NCBI GenBank assembly: GCA_965199495.1
Contig: CBDASK010000003.1
Coordinates: 2,976,001 to 3,040,000 of the forward strand
Length of the DNA: 64,000 nucleotides
Source of the DNA: Abditibacterium sp.
GTDB lineage: Bacteria > Armatimonadota > Abditibacteriia > Abditibacteriales > Abditibacteriaceae
Direction of reading: 5' to 3'
Position numbers and translations under genes: made by a program
Part shown: piece by piece, positions 55,336 to 64,000 of the stretch
Numbering within the stretch: position 1 is the first letter of the stretch
How the letters are laid out: the number at the start of each line of letters is the position of its first letter
Notes under the pieces: model-generated
What the model saw: only the letters and a program-made list of their open reading frames with translations
Told to the model about the DNA's origin: nothing
Database searches by the model: none

Positions 55336-57114
55336 ATGTTGACTTCTCGCAACGAACGCACGCAATCCGGCCAGAAACTTTCGGTGGGCGTGGCTTACCC
55401 CAAACGCTATGTTTTGCGGCGTTTGGTGCGCGGCCTCACCATCAAAGGCGCGATTTTGGGCGCGATCTTGGGCTTTGGTTATGCTGTCTTCGCTGGCGGC
55501 GCGCAGGGCACGGGACTACAAATGGCGTTGCAGACTGTAACTGGTGCGGCCATTGGCACCGTCGCCGGTCTGGTCGGTTCGCTGGCTTACGCGTTTGTCG
55601 GCGGTGCGCCGGGCGCGGCGCTGGGACTTTTGGGTGCCGGTTTAATCGGCAGCAGCAGTTTTTTGGCGTTTCCCACTTTGGCCGCCGCGCCGCGCGCGTT
55701 GACACCGCAAGAAAGCGGCGTGACCGACGTTTCGCCGCTTTCGACTGCGGCGGATGTTTCCGAGGTTTCGGATGGCGCCGATGCGCTTTCGACTTCGACC
55801 GATTTGGGTTTCGTCGAGCCGGGCAAAACCGGCAACGCCTACACGCCGGTTTTATCGGACGATACGATTAAAGAAGCCGCACCGCCTGCCGCGCCGCTTT
55901 ATAAAGGCCCGTTCAACGATAAGGTGGTTTATCTGGGCATGAACCGTGATTCGACGCTCAAAGCCACGCGCCTGATGAGTCGTCACGCATCCGTCACCAC
56001 AATCAGCGACGACGGCCAGCAAGATCATGTGCGCAACGGCGACAAAATCTACGATTTGCGCAATCCCAACGGCATCAACGCGTTCGCCGCCAGTCTGGGT
56101 TTGGATAAAACGCAGCAAACGGGCGTCGTGCGCGCGCTCACGATGTGCGAGAAAAACGCGAAAGATGAATTGGGCGAACTCGCCAAAGTTTGGGCGGCGG
56201 GCGAAAAGGGCTCCAAAATTCCGTCGCGATTGGTTTTGGCCGGGCACTCCAACGGCGACGGCGTGTGGGGCGATAATAACGGTTCGCTGCGTTTGGGGCC
56301 GTTATTGGAACTTTCGCGCGCTTTGCCCGATGCGACATCGCAAATCGAAGACGCGTTTGTGACCGGCTGTTATTCGGGCGGCGAAGTGACGATGGATCAA
56401 TATCTGTTGATTTTTCCGCGCGCCAAAACGATCTGGGCCTACGACGCGCAGGCGCCCGGCGTGGACAACGGCGCGACTTTAGATCAGGCGGGCTGGGAAG
56501 AGGCCACGCGCGGTCGCCAGCACAAAACGCTCAATCAGACGAGCGCCTCGGCGGGCAAGCACATGGCGGTGTGGAACTACGATTCCGGTTATCACGCGGC
56601 TTCGGGCCAGCTCAACTTGAACGATTTGCGCGGCAAAGTGCAGTGGATGGAAGAACATTTTTATCGCCCGGCGCTTAAGGGCGAAGACTTCGCTTCCGAC
56701 GGCGAACAGCGCATCCCAATTCGCATCACCGATCCGCACACCGGTTTGATTCGGCAGTATTACTCGTGGCTGGTGCGCCTGACGCAGCACAAAAACTTGC
56801 CCGAAGACGAGCGCGCGTATTGGAACGAAAAGAAAAATCAGACGATTCGGTTGCTCTATTTCTCGGATACCGTCGCGCCCGCTTTCGCTAAAAGTCATGC
56901 CAAAGAGATCGAGCAGGGCTATGCAAAAATGGGTTTGAAGGCGCCCGATTACGGCAAATTATCGCGTGCGGCGGCACTCCACGAGATCGCCAGTTTCAAC
57001 GCGAAATTGCAGCAGAATCCTAATGCCCCCGGCGATTCGCAACAACTGGGCATTCTGCTCGAACGAGGTTTGGGCGATTTGGACACGAGCATCATCCCCG
57101 ATGGCTGGGTGTAG
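55336..57114 (+). CDS. Hypothetical protein with Gly-rich membrane segments and a possible clan CD peptidase domain
   Basis: Glycine-zipper-like hydrophobic N-terminus; LVLAGHS and FVTGCYS motifs about 40 aa apart. Confidence 0.7.
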   Translation: MLTSRNERTQSGQKLSVGVAYPKRYVLRRLVRGLTIKGAILGAILGFGYAVFAGGAQGTGLQMALQTVTGAAIGTVAGLVGSLAYAFVGGAPGAALGLLGAGLIGSSSFLAFPTLAAAPRALTPQESGVTDVSPLSTAADVSEVSDGADALSTSTDLGFVEPGKTGNAYTPVLSDDTIKEAAPPAAPLYKGPFNDKVVYLGMNRDSTLKATRLMSRHASVTTISDDGQQDHVRNGDKIYDLRNPNGINAFAASLGLDKTQQTGVVRALTMCEKNAKDELGELAKVWAAGEKGSKIPSRLVLAGHSNGDGVWGDNNGSLRLGPLLELSRALPDATSQIEDAFVTGCYSGGEVTMDQYLLIFPRAKTIWAYDAQAPGVDNGATLDQAGWEEATRGRQHKTLNQTSASAGKHMAVWNYDSGYHAASGQLNLNDLRGKVQWMEEHFYRPALKGEDFASDGEQRIPIRITDPHTGLIRQYYSWLVRLTQHKNLPEDERAYWNEKKNQTIRLLYFSDTVAPAFAKSHAKEIEQGYAKMGLKAPDYGKLSRAAALHEIASFNAKLQQNPNAPGDSQQLGILLERGLGDLDTSIIPDGWV

Positions 57115-57118
57115 GGGC

Positions 57119-57314
57119 AAGGATTAGAAGTGAAGCAGTTGTTCCGCGTTTGTCATTTCGAGCTTGCCGAGAAATCTTTCGCCCGCGCGGCAGCGCAAGT
57201 CCACATGGCTTTAACGTTCAAAGTTGCCTGCTATTTCCGCTGGCGCGGGGCCGCAAGATTTCTCGGCAAGCTCGAAATGACAAACGCGGAACAACTGCTT
57301 CACTTCTAATCCTT
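57119..57314. repeat. TGTCATTTCGAG-family palindromic element, copy 2, 60-bp perfect inverted repeat
   Basis: 57119-57178 is the exact reverse complement of 57255-57314. Confidence 0.92.
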
Positions 57315-57328
57315 TCCTAAATTTTCCC

Positions 57329-57357
57329 TTGCGCTCTTTGCGAAGTCGCGGTATAAT
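57329..57357 (+). promoter_or_regulatory. Sigma-70 promoter of the tRNA gene
   Basis: TTGCGC-17 nt-TATAAT about 31 nt upstream of the tRNA. Confidence 0.75.
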
Positions 57358-57388
57358 TTCTTGTTGCCCATTGGCAGGTTTGCCAAAT

Positions 57389-57460
57389 GGCGCCATCGTC
57401 TATCGGTTAGGACGCCGGCCTTTCACGCCGGTAAGGCGGGTTCGATTCCCGCTGGCGCTA
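57389..57460 (+). tRNA. tRNA-Glu (TTC)
   Basis: Acceptor stem GGCGCCA/TGGCGCT, anticodon arm CCGGC-CTTTCAC-GCCGG and T arm GCGGG-TTCGATT-CCCGC; no CCA directly after the discriminator base. Confidence 0.95.
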
Positions 57461-57468
57461 AACCAAAT

Positions 57469-57502
57469 AAAACGCTCGATTCTTTGGAATCGGGCGTTTT
57501 TT
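57469..57502 (+). terminator. Terminator after the tRNA
   Basis: AAAACGCTCGATTC...GAATCGGGCGTTTTTT. Confidence 0.7.
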
Positions 57503-57593
57503 GTTTTGGCTGCAATGCTTTTTCTCGGTTTCATCCGCTCTAATTTGATAAATTAGAAGTGTTCGATTTTTCGGATATCAAGGAGAAGAGCTT

Positions 57594-58715
57594 TTGGAAC
57601 CCGTTCGTTTTGGAGTAATTGGAGTCGGTGGCATGGGCGGCAATCACGCGCGTTCTTTCGCCAAAGTTGAGGAAGTGACCCTGGTCGCCGTGGCTGATGT
57701 CAACGCTGAGACCACCGCCAAAGTCGCGCAGGAAACCGGCGCGAAAGGCTTTGCCAGTGCCGAAGAACTCATCGAGAAAGGCGATGTCGAAGCGATTTTG
57801 ATCGCGACGCCGCACTTTTTTCATCCGCCGGTCGCGATGCACGCCGCCAAACATGGCGTTCACGTTTTGAGCGAAAAACCAATCGCTGTCACCGTTGCGG
57901 CGGCGGACGCGATGGTCGAGGCCGCCGACCAAGCGGGCACTTTGCTGGGCGTCGTTTTTCAGCAGCGTTTGGAAGATAAACGCGTCAAAATGAAGCAGAT
58001 GATTGATGACGGTCTGCTGGGCGAACTGCACCGCATTTCCGTTGTCGCGCCGTGGTATCGCCCGCAGGCTTATTACAATTCGGGCGCGTGGCGCGGCACC
58101 TGGAAGGGCGAGGGCGGCGGCATTTTGATGAATCAGGCGCCGCACTCGATGGATCAGTTCATCTGGCTGATGGGCGAAACTCCACGCAACGTGCAGGCGA
58201 TGGCGCAGACGCGTTTGCACGACATCGAAGTCGAAAACACCGCGATGGCGCTGGTGGATTTCGGGCCGGGCAAAAGCGGCTATTTTTATGCCTCGACCGC
58301 CGATATTCCCGGCGGCGAACGCGTCGAACTGGCAGGCGACAAAGGTTTGCTCACGCTCGATCAAAACGGTTTGCGTTTCTACGAACTCGAAATGCCCTTG
58401 TCGCAGCATCTCGCGACGGCAACAGGCAATTTCGATTCTCCCAAAGGTTCGTGGCGCGATGTCGAAATTGATGTGCCCAACGGCAGTCATACCAATGTGG
58501 TGCGCGCGTTTTGTCGCGCGGTGCGCGCCAACGATGATTCGCTCATGGTAGCCACCGGGCGCGATGGCGTCAAAGCTCTCGAACTCGCCAACGCGATTTT
58601 GATGGCGGGCTACACTCGTCGCGAAGTTCAATTTCCCATTGACCGCAACGCCGTTGACGCGATGCTCAAAAGTTTGCAAGAGGGCGTCACGCCCGAACAA
58701 TTAAAAATTGGATAA
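57594..58715 (+). CDS. Gfo/Idh/MocA family oxidoreductase
   Basis: GVGGMG, ATPHFFH, HVLSEKP and GGGILMNQAPH motifs; AAGGAG ribosome-binding site before TTG. Confidence 0.93.
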   Translation: MEPVRFGVIGVGGMGGNHARSFAKVEEVTLVAVADVNAETTAKVAQETGAKGFASAEELIEKGDVEAILIATPHFFHPPVAMHAAKHGVHVLSEKPIAVTVAAADAMVEAADQAGTLLGVVFQQRLEDKRVKMKQMIDDGLLGELHRISVVAPWYRPQAYYNSGAWRGTWKGEGGGILMNQAPHSMDQFIWLMGETPRNVQAMAQTRLHDIEVENTAMALVDFGPGKSGYFYASTADIPGGERVELAGDKGLLTLDQNGLRFYELEMPLSQHLATATGNFDSPKGSWRDVEIDVPNGSHTNVVRAFCRAVRANDDSLMVATGRDGVKALELANAILMAGYTRREVQFPIDRNAVDAMLKSLQEGVTPEQLKIG

Positions 58716-58716
58716 T

Positions 58717-58809
58717 CGGATTTCAGATGACAGATTTCGGATAGGTTTGAAGAAAGCGTTTACGTTTAATCCTTTTCAAACCTATCCGAAATCTGAAATC
58801 TGAAATCCG
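58717..58809. repeat. Inverted heptamer-array element (CGGATTT/CAGATTT units)
   Basis: 21-bp perfect core (58731-58751 versus 58775-58795) flanked by further heptamers. Confidence 0.8.
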
Positions 58810-58826
58810 GTATCCTTATTCCCTCA

Positions 58827-59759
58827 ATGCGCATTGTAATTACTGGTGGAGCCGGGTTTCTCGGTTCCCATTTAACCGACCGTTGTCTGGCCGAGGGGCA
58901 TGAAGTCGTTGTTGTTGATAACTTGGTTACGGGCAACCTCGACAATCTGGCTCATATCCATAATCCGAAATTGTCGGTTCTCGATCAGAATATTTCGGAT
59001 GAAATTAAAGTGGACGGCGACGTTGATTTCATTCTTCACTTTGCTTCTCCCGCCTCGCCGGTAGATTATCTCGAACTGCCGATTCAAACGCTCAAAGTCG
59101 GTGCTTTGGGCACGCACAACGCGCTGGGATTGGCGCGCGCCAAGGGCGCCGGTTTGCTGCTGGCTTCGACGTCCGAGGTTTATGGCGATCCCCTCGTTCA
59201 TCCGCAAAAAGAGGATTACTGGGGCAACGTCAACCCGATTGGCCCCCGTGGCTGCTATGACGAAGCGAAGCGTTTTGCCGAGGCCATCACGATGGCTTAC
59301 CACAAAATGCACGCGATTAATACCAAAATCGTGCGCATCTTCAACACTTATGGGCCACGCATGCGCCTGCGCGATGGACGTATCGTGCCCAACTTTATGC
59401 GTCAGGCATTAACCGGCGAGCCACTGACGGTTTATGGGGATGGCAGCCAGACGCGCTCGTTTTGCTACGCGACCGATTTGATTGACGGCATCTATCGTTT
59501 GATGCTTTCGGACGAACATCTGCCGACCAACATCGGCAACCCGACCGAATTCACCGTTTTAGAATTCGCCCACGAAGTGTTGAAATTATCGGGTTCCAAA
59601 TCGGAGATCATTTTCGAGCCTTTGCCGCAGGACGACCCAAAACAACGCAAACCCGATATTTCCAAGGCGCGCGAAATTTTGGGTTGGGAACCGACAATCG
59701 AACTGCAAGAGGGACTGGCAAAAACCTTGGAATATTTCCAAACGCGGTTGGATTTATAA
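58827..59759 (+). CDS. UDP-glucuronic acid decarboxylase family SDR
   Basis: [26 protein letters not shown] and YDEAKR motifs. Confidence 0.93.
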   Translation: MRIVITGGAGFLGSHLTDRCLAEGHEVVVVDNLVTGNLDNLAHIHNPKLSVLDQNISDEIKVDGDVDFILHFASPASPVDYLELPIQTLKVGALGTHNALGLARAKGAGLLLASTSEVYGDPLVHPQKEDYWGNVNPIGPRGCYDEAKRFAEAITMAYHKMHAINTKIVRIFNTYGPRMRLRDGRIVPNFMRQALTGEPLTVYGDGSQTRSFCYATDLIDGIYRLMLSDEHLPTNIGNPTEFTVLEFAHEVLKLSGSKSEIIFEPLPQDDPKQRKPDISKAREILGWEPTIELQEGLAKTLEYFQTRLDL

Positions 59760-60244
59760 GTGTCTCGAAACGCGCGAAAGACGTATCAGTGTCAAGTATT
59801 CAAGATTTGAACGAAAGTTTTGCAGAAATGTAGCGCAGGGGAATATTGACCTGAGGGCAAAAATTCGCTAAAATAAATCTGCTTTTCTAAAACTTCCTCT
59901 TCAACACCGCGTGGAAAACGTAATTTCGAGTCCGCCCTTGGTCTTGCTTGTGAGCGACAAATTGGCGGCTTCGGCAAGTTATGTTGGAAACGTTTTAGAG
60001 TGAGGCGCAACTCTCTTTTGAGTGCAACGTCTAACAAAGCCGTTTCCGGGACGGACAGATTGTCCATTGTAGCGCTCGCTCTGCGGCGCACGTAAAAGGG
60101 CTTGATATGCGGCAAAAACGCCGAAATCGGCCCAGTGTTTTGTAGTTTTACCTTCTCTCGATGGCACATTCCTCTTTGCGGATGCAAACCGATGCTTCTT
60201 TTGGTTTGCCTCCTGCCACTGGCTCTCATGCCAGCCCTCCAACT

Positions 60245-63200
60245 ATGTTCAGAACTCAACTCAGCAGCGCACTTTCGCGCCTGTTGTGCTTTGTGGCGTT
60301 TGCCCTCTGTTTTGGCGGCGTCGCCCACGCGCAGACAATCACTATTACCCCGCCCACTCTCAACGAAAGAGTCGAAGGTAACGTCCAAACTTTCGTGCTG
60401 ACGACTGACCGTATTGTCACACAGCGCCTCACGGTGAGAGTTGATAGTTTCGAGGGTACGGCTTTCGAGGCCGCCCGCCCGGACGGTAGGCCCGCCGATT
60501 ACACGGGATTTCACCAAGATGTGACCTTTGAAATTGGGCGGCAGAGTGTATCCGTTCCAATTCAAACCATCGCCGATACTCGTTACGAGTTTGACGAAAC
60601 ATTTGGTATTCAAGTAACGAACCCTCGTTTTAACGGTGTTGCCACCAGCGCTGTTACATTTTCGGGAAGCAACTTTTCTACGACGACGATTCCAAACGAT
60701 GATGGCCCTCCAACGCTGACTTTGCGCCGGCCCGATGCCGTCATCGAAGGCGCCGCAACCGATCCCAAAAAACTTGTACGCGTTATTGTTGACATTGATG
60801 TGCCCGCCGAACGTCCCTTGCAGGTCGCGTTCGATACTTCCGATAACACTACCCAACCCGGCTCGATGGATGGCACGGCCACTGCTGGTCAGGATTATCA
60901 GGAAGTCAAAAATAACATCGTGACAATTCCTGCGAATGCGCAGCAATATACCTATCCGCCGCCAGCGGCGCCAACAGATCCGCCAGGTTCTTTTTCATCC
61001 GATCCCAATGCGCAGGGCGTTTTCATCTTGGGCGATAACGTTTATGAAGGCGATGAAGCGTTCACCTTGACCGCGAGATATTCACCCGCTCTCGTCAATA
61101 CTACCCCCACCAGTACCATCATTACTATTACGGATGATGACCTGCCCTCTTTCACCCTCACCGGTGGCCGCACGTTTGAAGGCGGCAACATTCCTTTTGT
61201 CATCACCCTGAACGACATCACAACTGGTCAGCCCATCGCTGCCAAAGCGCCGATTACGTTCACCTACGCTCTTGACAATGGCCCGAATAACCAAGCGGAA
61301 TTTGGAACAGACTTCACCAACACGCCTGGGCCCGACGCCAACAAGAATACAGGGACTTTTGTTATTCCCATAGGTAACACGAATGCGACGATCAATATTC
61401 CCACTCTGACAGACACCATTGCCGAACCCACTGAGCAATTTAGCTTTCGCATAGTCAGTGTGACTGGCGCTCGTCTCTCTCCAAATAGTAGCGCCACGGG
61501 AACAATTGACAATGTGAATGGCAACCCGGTTATCAGCATTTCCAATGCTTCGGTTGTCGAAGGCACGGGCGGCGTCACCAATTTGGTGTTCACCGTGAAT
61601 TTGTCCAATTCTTCGACGCAGCAGATCACCGCTCAATACGAAACTGTGGATGATAACAGCGTGCCCGCCGCACAGCGAGCCACGTCGGGTGTGGACTACG
61701 CCGCGCAACGTGGCACCGTTACCTTCCCCGCTGTGACTGGAGCTGCGGGTGCTGCCAACACCACTCAGTCAATCTCGATTCCGATTACCACGGACAACAT
61801 CAACGAACAGAACGAAAATTTCCGCATCCGTTTGTTTAACCCGGCGGGCGGCTTCGCTTCGTTCTCCAACAACGTGCCCGAAGTCTTCGCAACCGGCACC
61901 ATCATTGATGATGATTCTGCTGGCACTGTCAGCGTCGCCAAAACCGAAGTTTCGGTGCTTGAGAACGTTCAGGGCGGCATGGTTAACGTCTTGGTCAACT
62001 TCGTGCCCAATGGCACGCCCGCTCGTCCGGTAACCGTGGATTTCACCACGTTGCCGGGGACGGCAGTTCAAGCTGGTCAGCGGGATTACTTTGGTAAAAC
62101 TGGTCGCGTGACTTTCCAGCCCCAGGCTGGTAACTCGTCGGTTGCGATTCCTATCGAGATTATAAACGATGATATTCGCGAAGGCGATGAAACCTTCACC
62201 GTGCGTTTGACGGCAGTGGATGGAGCGACTCTCGATCCCGATAACAGTGACACCGTTGTCACAATTGTAGATGACGATCCGTTGCCTGTTGTCAGCGTTT
62301 TTCCCGCCAGCCCAATTCGTGAAGACGGCGGCATCAAAAACTTTGTCGTTGCGATCAAAGGCAAATCGCAGGCTCCCGTGACCGTTAATTACGCTTTTGG
62401 CGACATCAAAGACACTGCCACGCCAAATCTTGATTATGAAGCGGTGGATGCGCTTAATCCTTTGTCTGGTTCGAAAACGTTCACCCTGGGTGGCCCCGTT
62501 TCGTATTTCGTGCCCGTCAGAATTTTGCAGGACAATATCGCTGAGGGCAATGAAACCTTGACCTTGACCCTGTCCAAAGATCAGAACGACCTCAGCTTTT
62601 CGTTAGACCCGAAAGCCACCCAATCGGTTGTGACCATCGTGGACGACGACCCAACGCCCGAACTTACGATCAGTGACGCGCAGGTTTTGGAAGGTAGTAC
62701 TGGCGACATTAACAGCGGAAACGTGCTGACTTTCAACGTTTCGTTGAGCCGTCCCAGTTCGCGTCCCTCCAGCTTCACTTACTCGACGCTCAACTTGCGG
62801 CAGGCCAACTGCAAACCTTCCAACGGGTGCGATGTCGCTTCCGATGACGATTACGCCAGCGTGCGCAACGTCGTAGTGACGATTCCCGCTGGCCAGACTA
62901 CCGCGACCATCACAGTCAGAGTGGCTCCCGATACGGGCAACGAATACAATGAGCAGTTCGCGGTTGTCGCTCGCTCGCTCAACAACACGGTGCCTTCGGT
63001 GACTGCGGCCACCAGCAGTTCGGAACAGCGTTTTGGCACGGTCGCCTTCGGCACCATCGTCAACGATGATCCCGGTGGCGCCATCACCCTCTCTGGCCCG
63101 TTCACCGATAGCACGGGAACAACGTTATCGGGCGATCTTATCGAAGGCTATCAGCGTAACGCGACTACCGCGAGAATTGGTAGCGTAGGTAATTTCCGAG

Positions 63201-64000
63201 TGACTTTGCCCACGCCTGCTCGTCGCACGGTGACGGTGAACTACAAGATCACCGGTTCGGTGTCCGATAGCGATATCAACGATCTCACGACCGGCCCCGG
63301 CAGAACCGGCGACCGCACAGGTGCAGTCACCTTCTTTGCTGGCGACACGACGCGCAACATCGTGTTGCGCGCTGCGGCTGACAATGTGAGAGAAGATTTG
63401 GAAAGCCTGAGAGTGACGATTTCGATCAACGATGTCAATGGTGCCAACAGCTATACCGTTGATCCCAAGGCATCGTTCGCGACGACAAATATCGTGGATC
63501 GCACGCCTTCCATTGACTCCTTCGCCCCAGCCACTGGCTTCCCAGCTTATGGGAGCGTCGCGGCCTCGAAGGTGACGATCAATGGTCGTCTGTTGCGCAC
63601 TGATGGCAACCCGCGCGTGGCTGCCGTTATCTTCGGCGGAGGCGGCGAAGTTGGACTGGGCGGCATTCAATATACCTCGGATAACTCACTCGTTGTGAGC
63701 GTGCCCGACAATGCCAAGAGTGGGCCGATTACGCTGCGGTTGACGGACGGCACGACCACTCTCGCTTTCCCAAGCGTGGCCGGAAGTGCAACGGCTCCCA
63801 ACTTCATCGTGCAACCAGTGATTCAGAGCTTTACGCCCACTTCGGGCACGCGTGGCGCAGTGACGATTACCATTACGGGCCGCAACTTCAAGGATGGTTT
63901 GAATCCCGTCACTGGAGTCCAGTTCAGCAATGGTGTTGTCGTTTCCAACGTGACTCCGGTTAGCGACACACAAATTCAAGTGACGGCTCCCGCCGCCGCT
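60245..64000 (+). CDS. Giant exported Calx-beta repeat and IPT/TIG domain surface protein; runs off the window
   Basis: Absent from the ORF track because no stop lies in the window. MFRTQLSSALSRLLCFVAFALCFGGVAHAQ signal peptide, about 8 repeats of DY...TF...I..D...E.(D/N)E.F...TI.DDD, then SIDSFAPATG and VIQSFTPTSG...TITGRNF. Alternative in-frame ATG at 60182. Confidence 0.88.
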   Translation, partial: MFRTQLSSALSRLLCFVAFALCFGGVAHAQTITITPPTLNERVEGNVQTFVLTTDRIVTQRLTVRVDSFEGTAFEAARPDGRPADYTGFHQDVTFEIGRQSVSVPIQTIADTRYEFDETFGIQVTNPRFNGVATSAVTFSGSNFSTTTIPNDDGPPTLTLRRPDAVIEGAATDPKKLVRVIVDIDVPAERPLQVAFDTSDNTTQPGSMDGTATAGQDYQEVKNNIVTIPANAQQYTYPPPAAPTDPPGSFSSDPNAQGVFILGDNVYEGDEAFTLTARYSPALVNTTPTSTIITITDDDLPSFTLTGGRTFEGGNIPFVITLNDITTGQPIAAKAPITFTYALDNGPNNQAEFGTDFTNTPGPDANKNTGTFVIPIGNTNATINIPTLTDTIAEPTEQFSFRIVSVTGARLSPNSSATGTIDNVNGNPVISISNASVVEGTGGVTNLVFTVNLSNSSTQQITAQYETVDDNSVPAAQRATSGVDYAAQRGTVTFPAVTGAAGAANTTQSISIPITTDNINEQNENFRIRLFNPAGGFASFSNNVPEVFATGTIIDDDSAGTVSVAKTEVSVLENVQGGMVNVLVNFVPNGTPARPVTVDFTTLPGTAVQAGQRDYFGKTGRVTFQPQAGNSSVAIPIEIINDDIREGDETFTVRLTAVDGATLDPDNSDTVVTIVDDDPLPVVSVFPASPIREDGGIKNFVVAIKGKSQAPVTVNYAFGDIKDTATPNLDYEAVDALNPLSGSKTFTLGGPVSYFVPVRILQDNIAEGNETLTLTLSKDQNDLSFSLDPKATQSVVTIVDDDPTPELTISDAQVLEGSTGDINSGNVLTFNVSLSRPSSRPSSFTYSTLNLRQANCKPSNGCDVASDDDYASVRNVVVTIPAGQTTATITVRVAPDTGNEYNEQFAVVARSLNNTVPSVTAATSSSEQRFGTVAFGTIVNDDPGGAITLSGPFTDSTGTTLSGDLIEGYQRNATTARIGSVGNFRVTLPTPARRTVTVNYKITGSVSDSDINDLTTGPGRTGDRTGAVTFFAGDTTRNIVLRAAADNVREDLESLRVTISINDVNGANSYTVDPKASFATTNIVDRTPSIDSFAPATGFPAYGSVAASKVTINGRLLRTDGNPRVAAVIFGGGGEVGLGGIQYTSDNSLVVSVPDNAKSGPITLRLTDGTTTLAFPSVAGSATAPNFIVQPVIQSFTPTSGTRGAVTITITGRNFKDGLNPVTGVQFSNGVVVSNVTPVSDTQIQVTAPAAA

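Noticed and set aside
57389..57600. Integrative element at tRNA-Glu
   Set aside because: No integrase nearby and no duplicated tRNA 3' end noticed in the window.
60161..60180. Sigma-54 promoter before the Calx-beta gene (TGGCACATTCCTCTTTGC)
   Set aside because: GG-to-GC spacing is 13 nt rather than the required 10.
59792..60946. 384-aa minus-strand ORF and other minus-strand ORFs to 63979
   Set aside because: Antisense to the Calx-beta gene, whose frame has a signal peptide and clear repeats.
1..64000. CRISPR array or cas genes
   Set aside because: The repeats are dispersed inverted pairs, not direct repeats with regular unique spacers, and no Cas-like ORF was seen.

Overview
GC-rich bacterial chromosomal segment with about 55 protein genes on both strands, one tRNA-Glu(TTC), and no rRNA, CRISPR array, integrase or autonomous transposase. 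Gene style suggests an Abditibacteriota/Armatimonadota-like organism, but this is only an impression. Housekeeping genes (prmC, modAB, thiL, lpdA plus E2, rsmE, ftsK, sugar-nucleotide enzymes, a Wzm/Wzt-type ABC pair) are mixed with many secreted hypothetical proteins, a NucA/NuiA nuclease-inhibitor pair, a small defence/toxin-antitoxin islet (26.0-29.3 kb) and a giant Calx-beta/IPT surface protein running off the right edge. The strongest unexplained DNA-level signals are three. (1) A non-palindromic 9-mer, CGTGGCTGC, occurs 27 times by hand count, inside genes in several reading frames, with a 20:7 strand skew, which suggests a Chi-, KOPS- or uptake-sequence-like signal. (2) At least 17 intergenic palindromic elements from about 8 families are present; their two arms are often perfectly matched, including copy-specific outer extensions. 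(3) A TANNNT box repeatedly sits 5-9 nt before start codons, suggesting leaderless transcription. All counts and coordinates were obtained by eye and no database searches were run.
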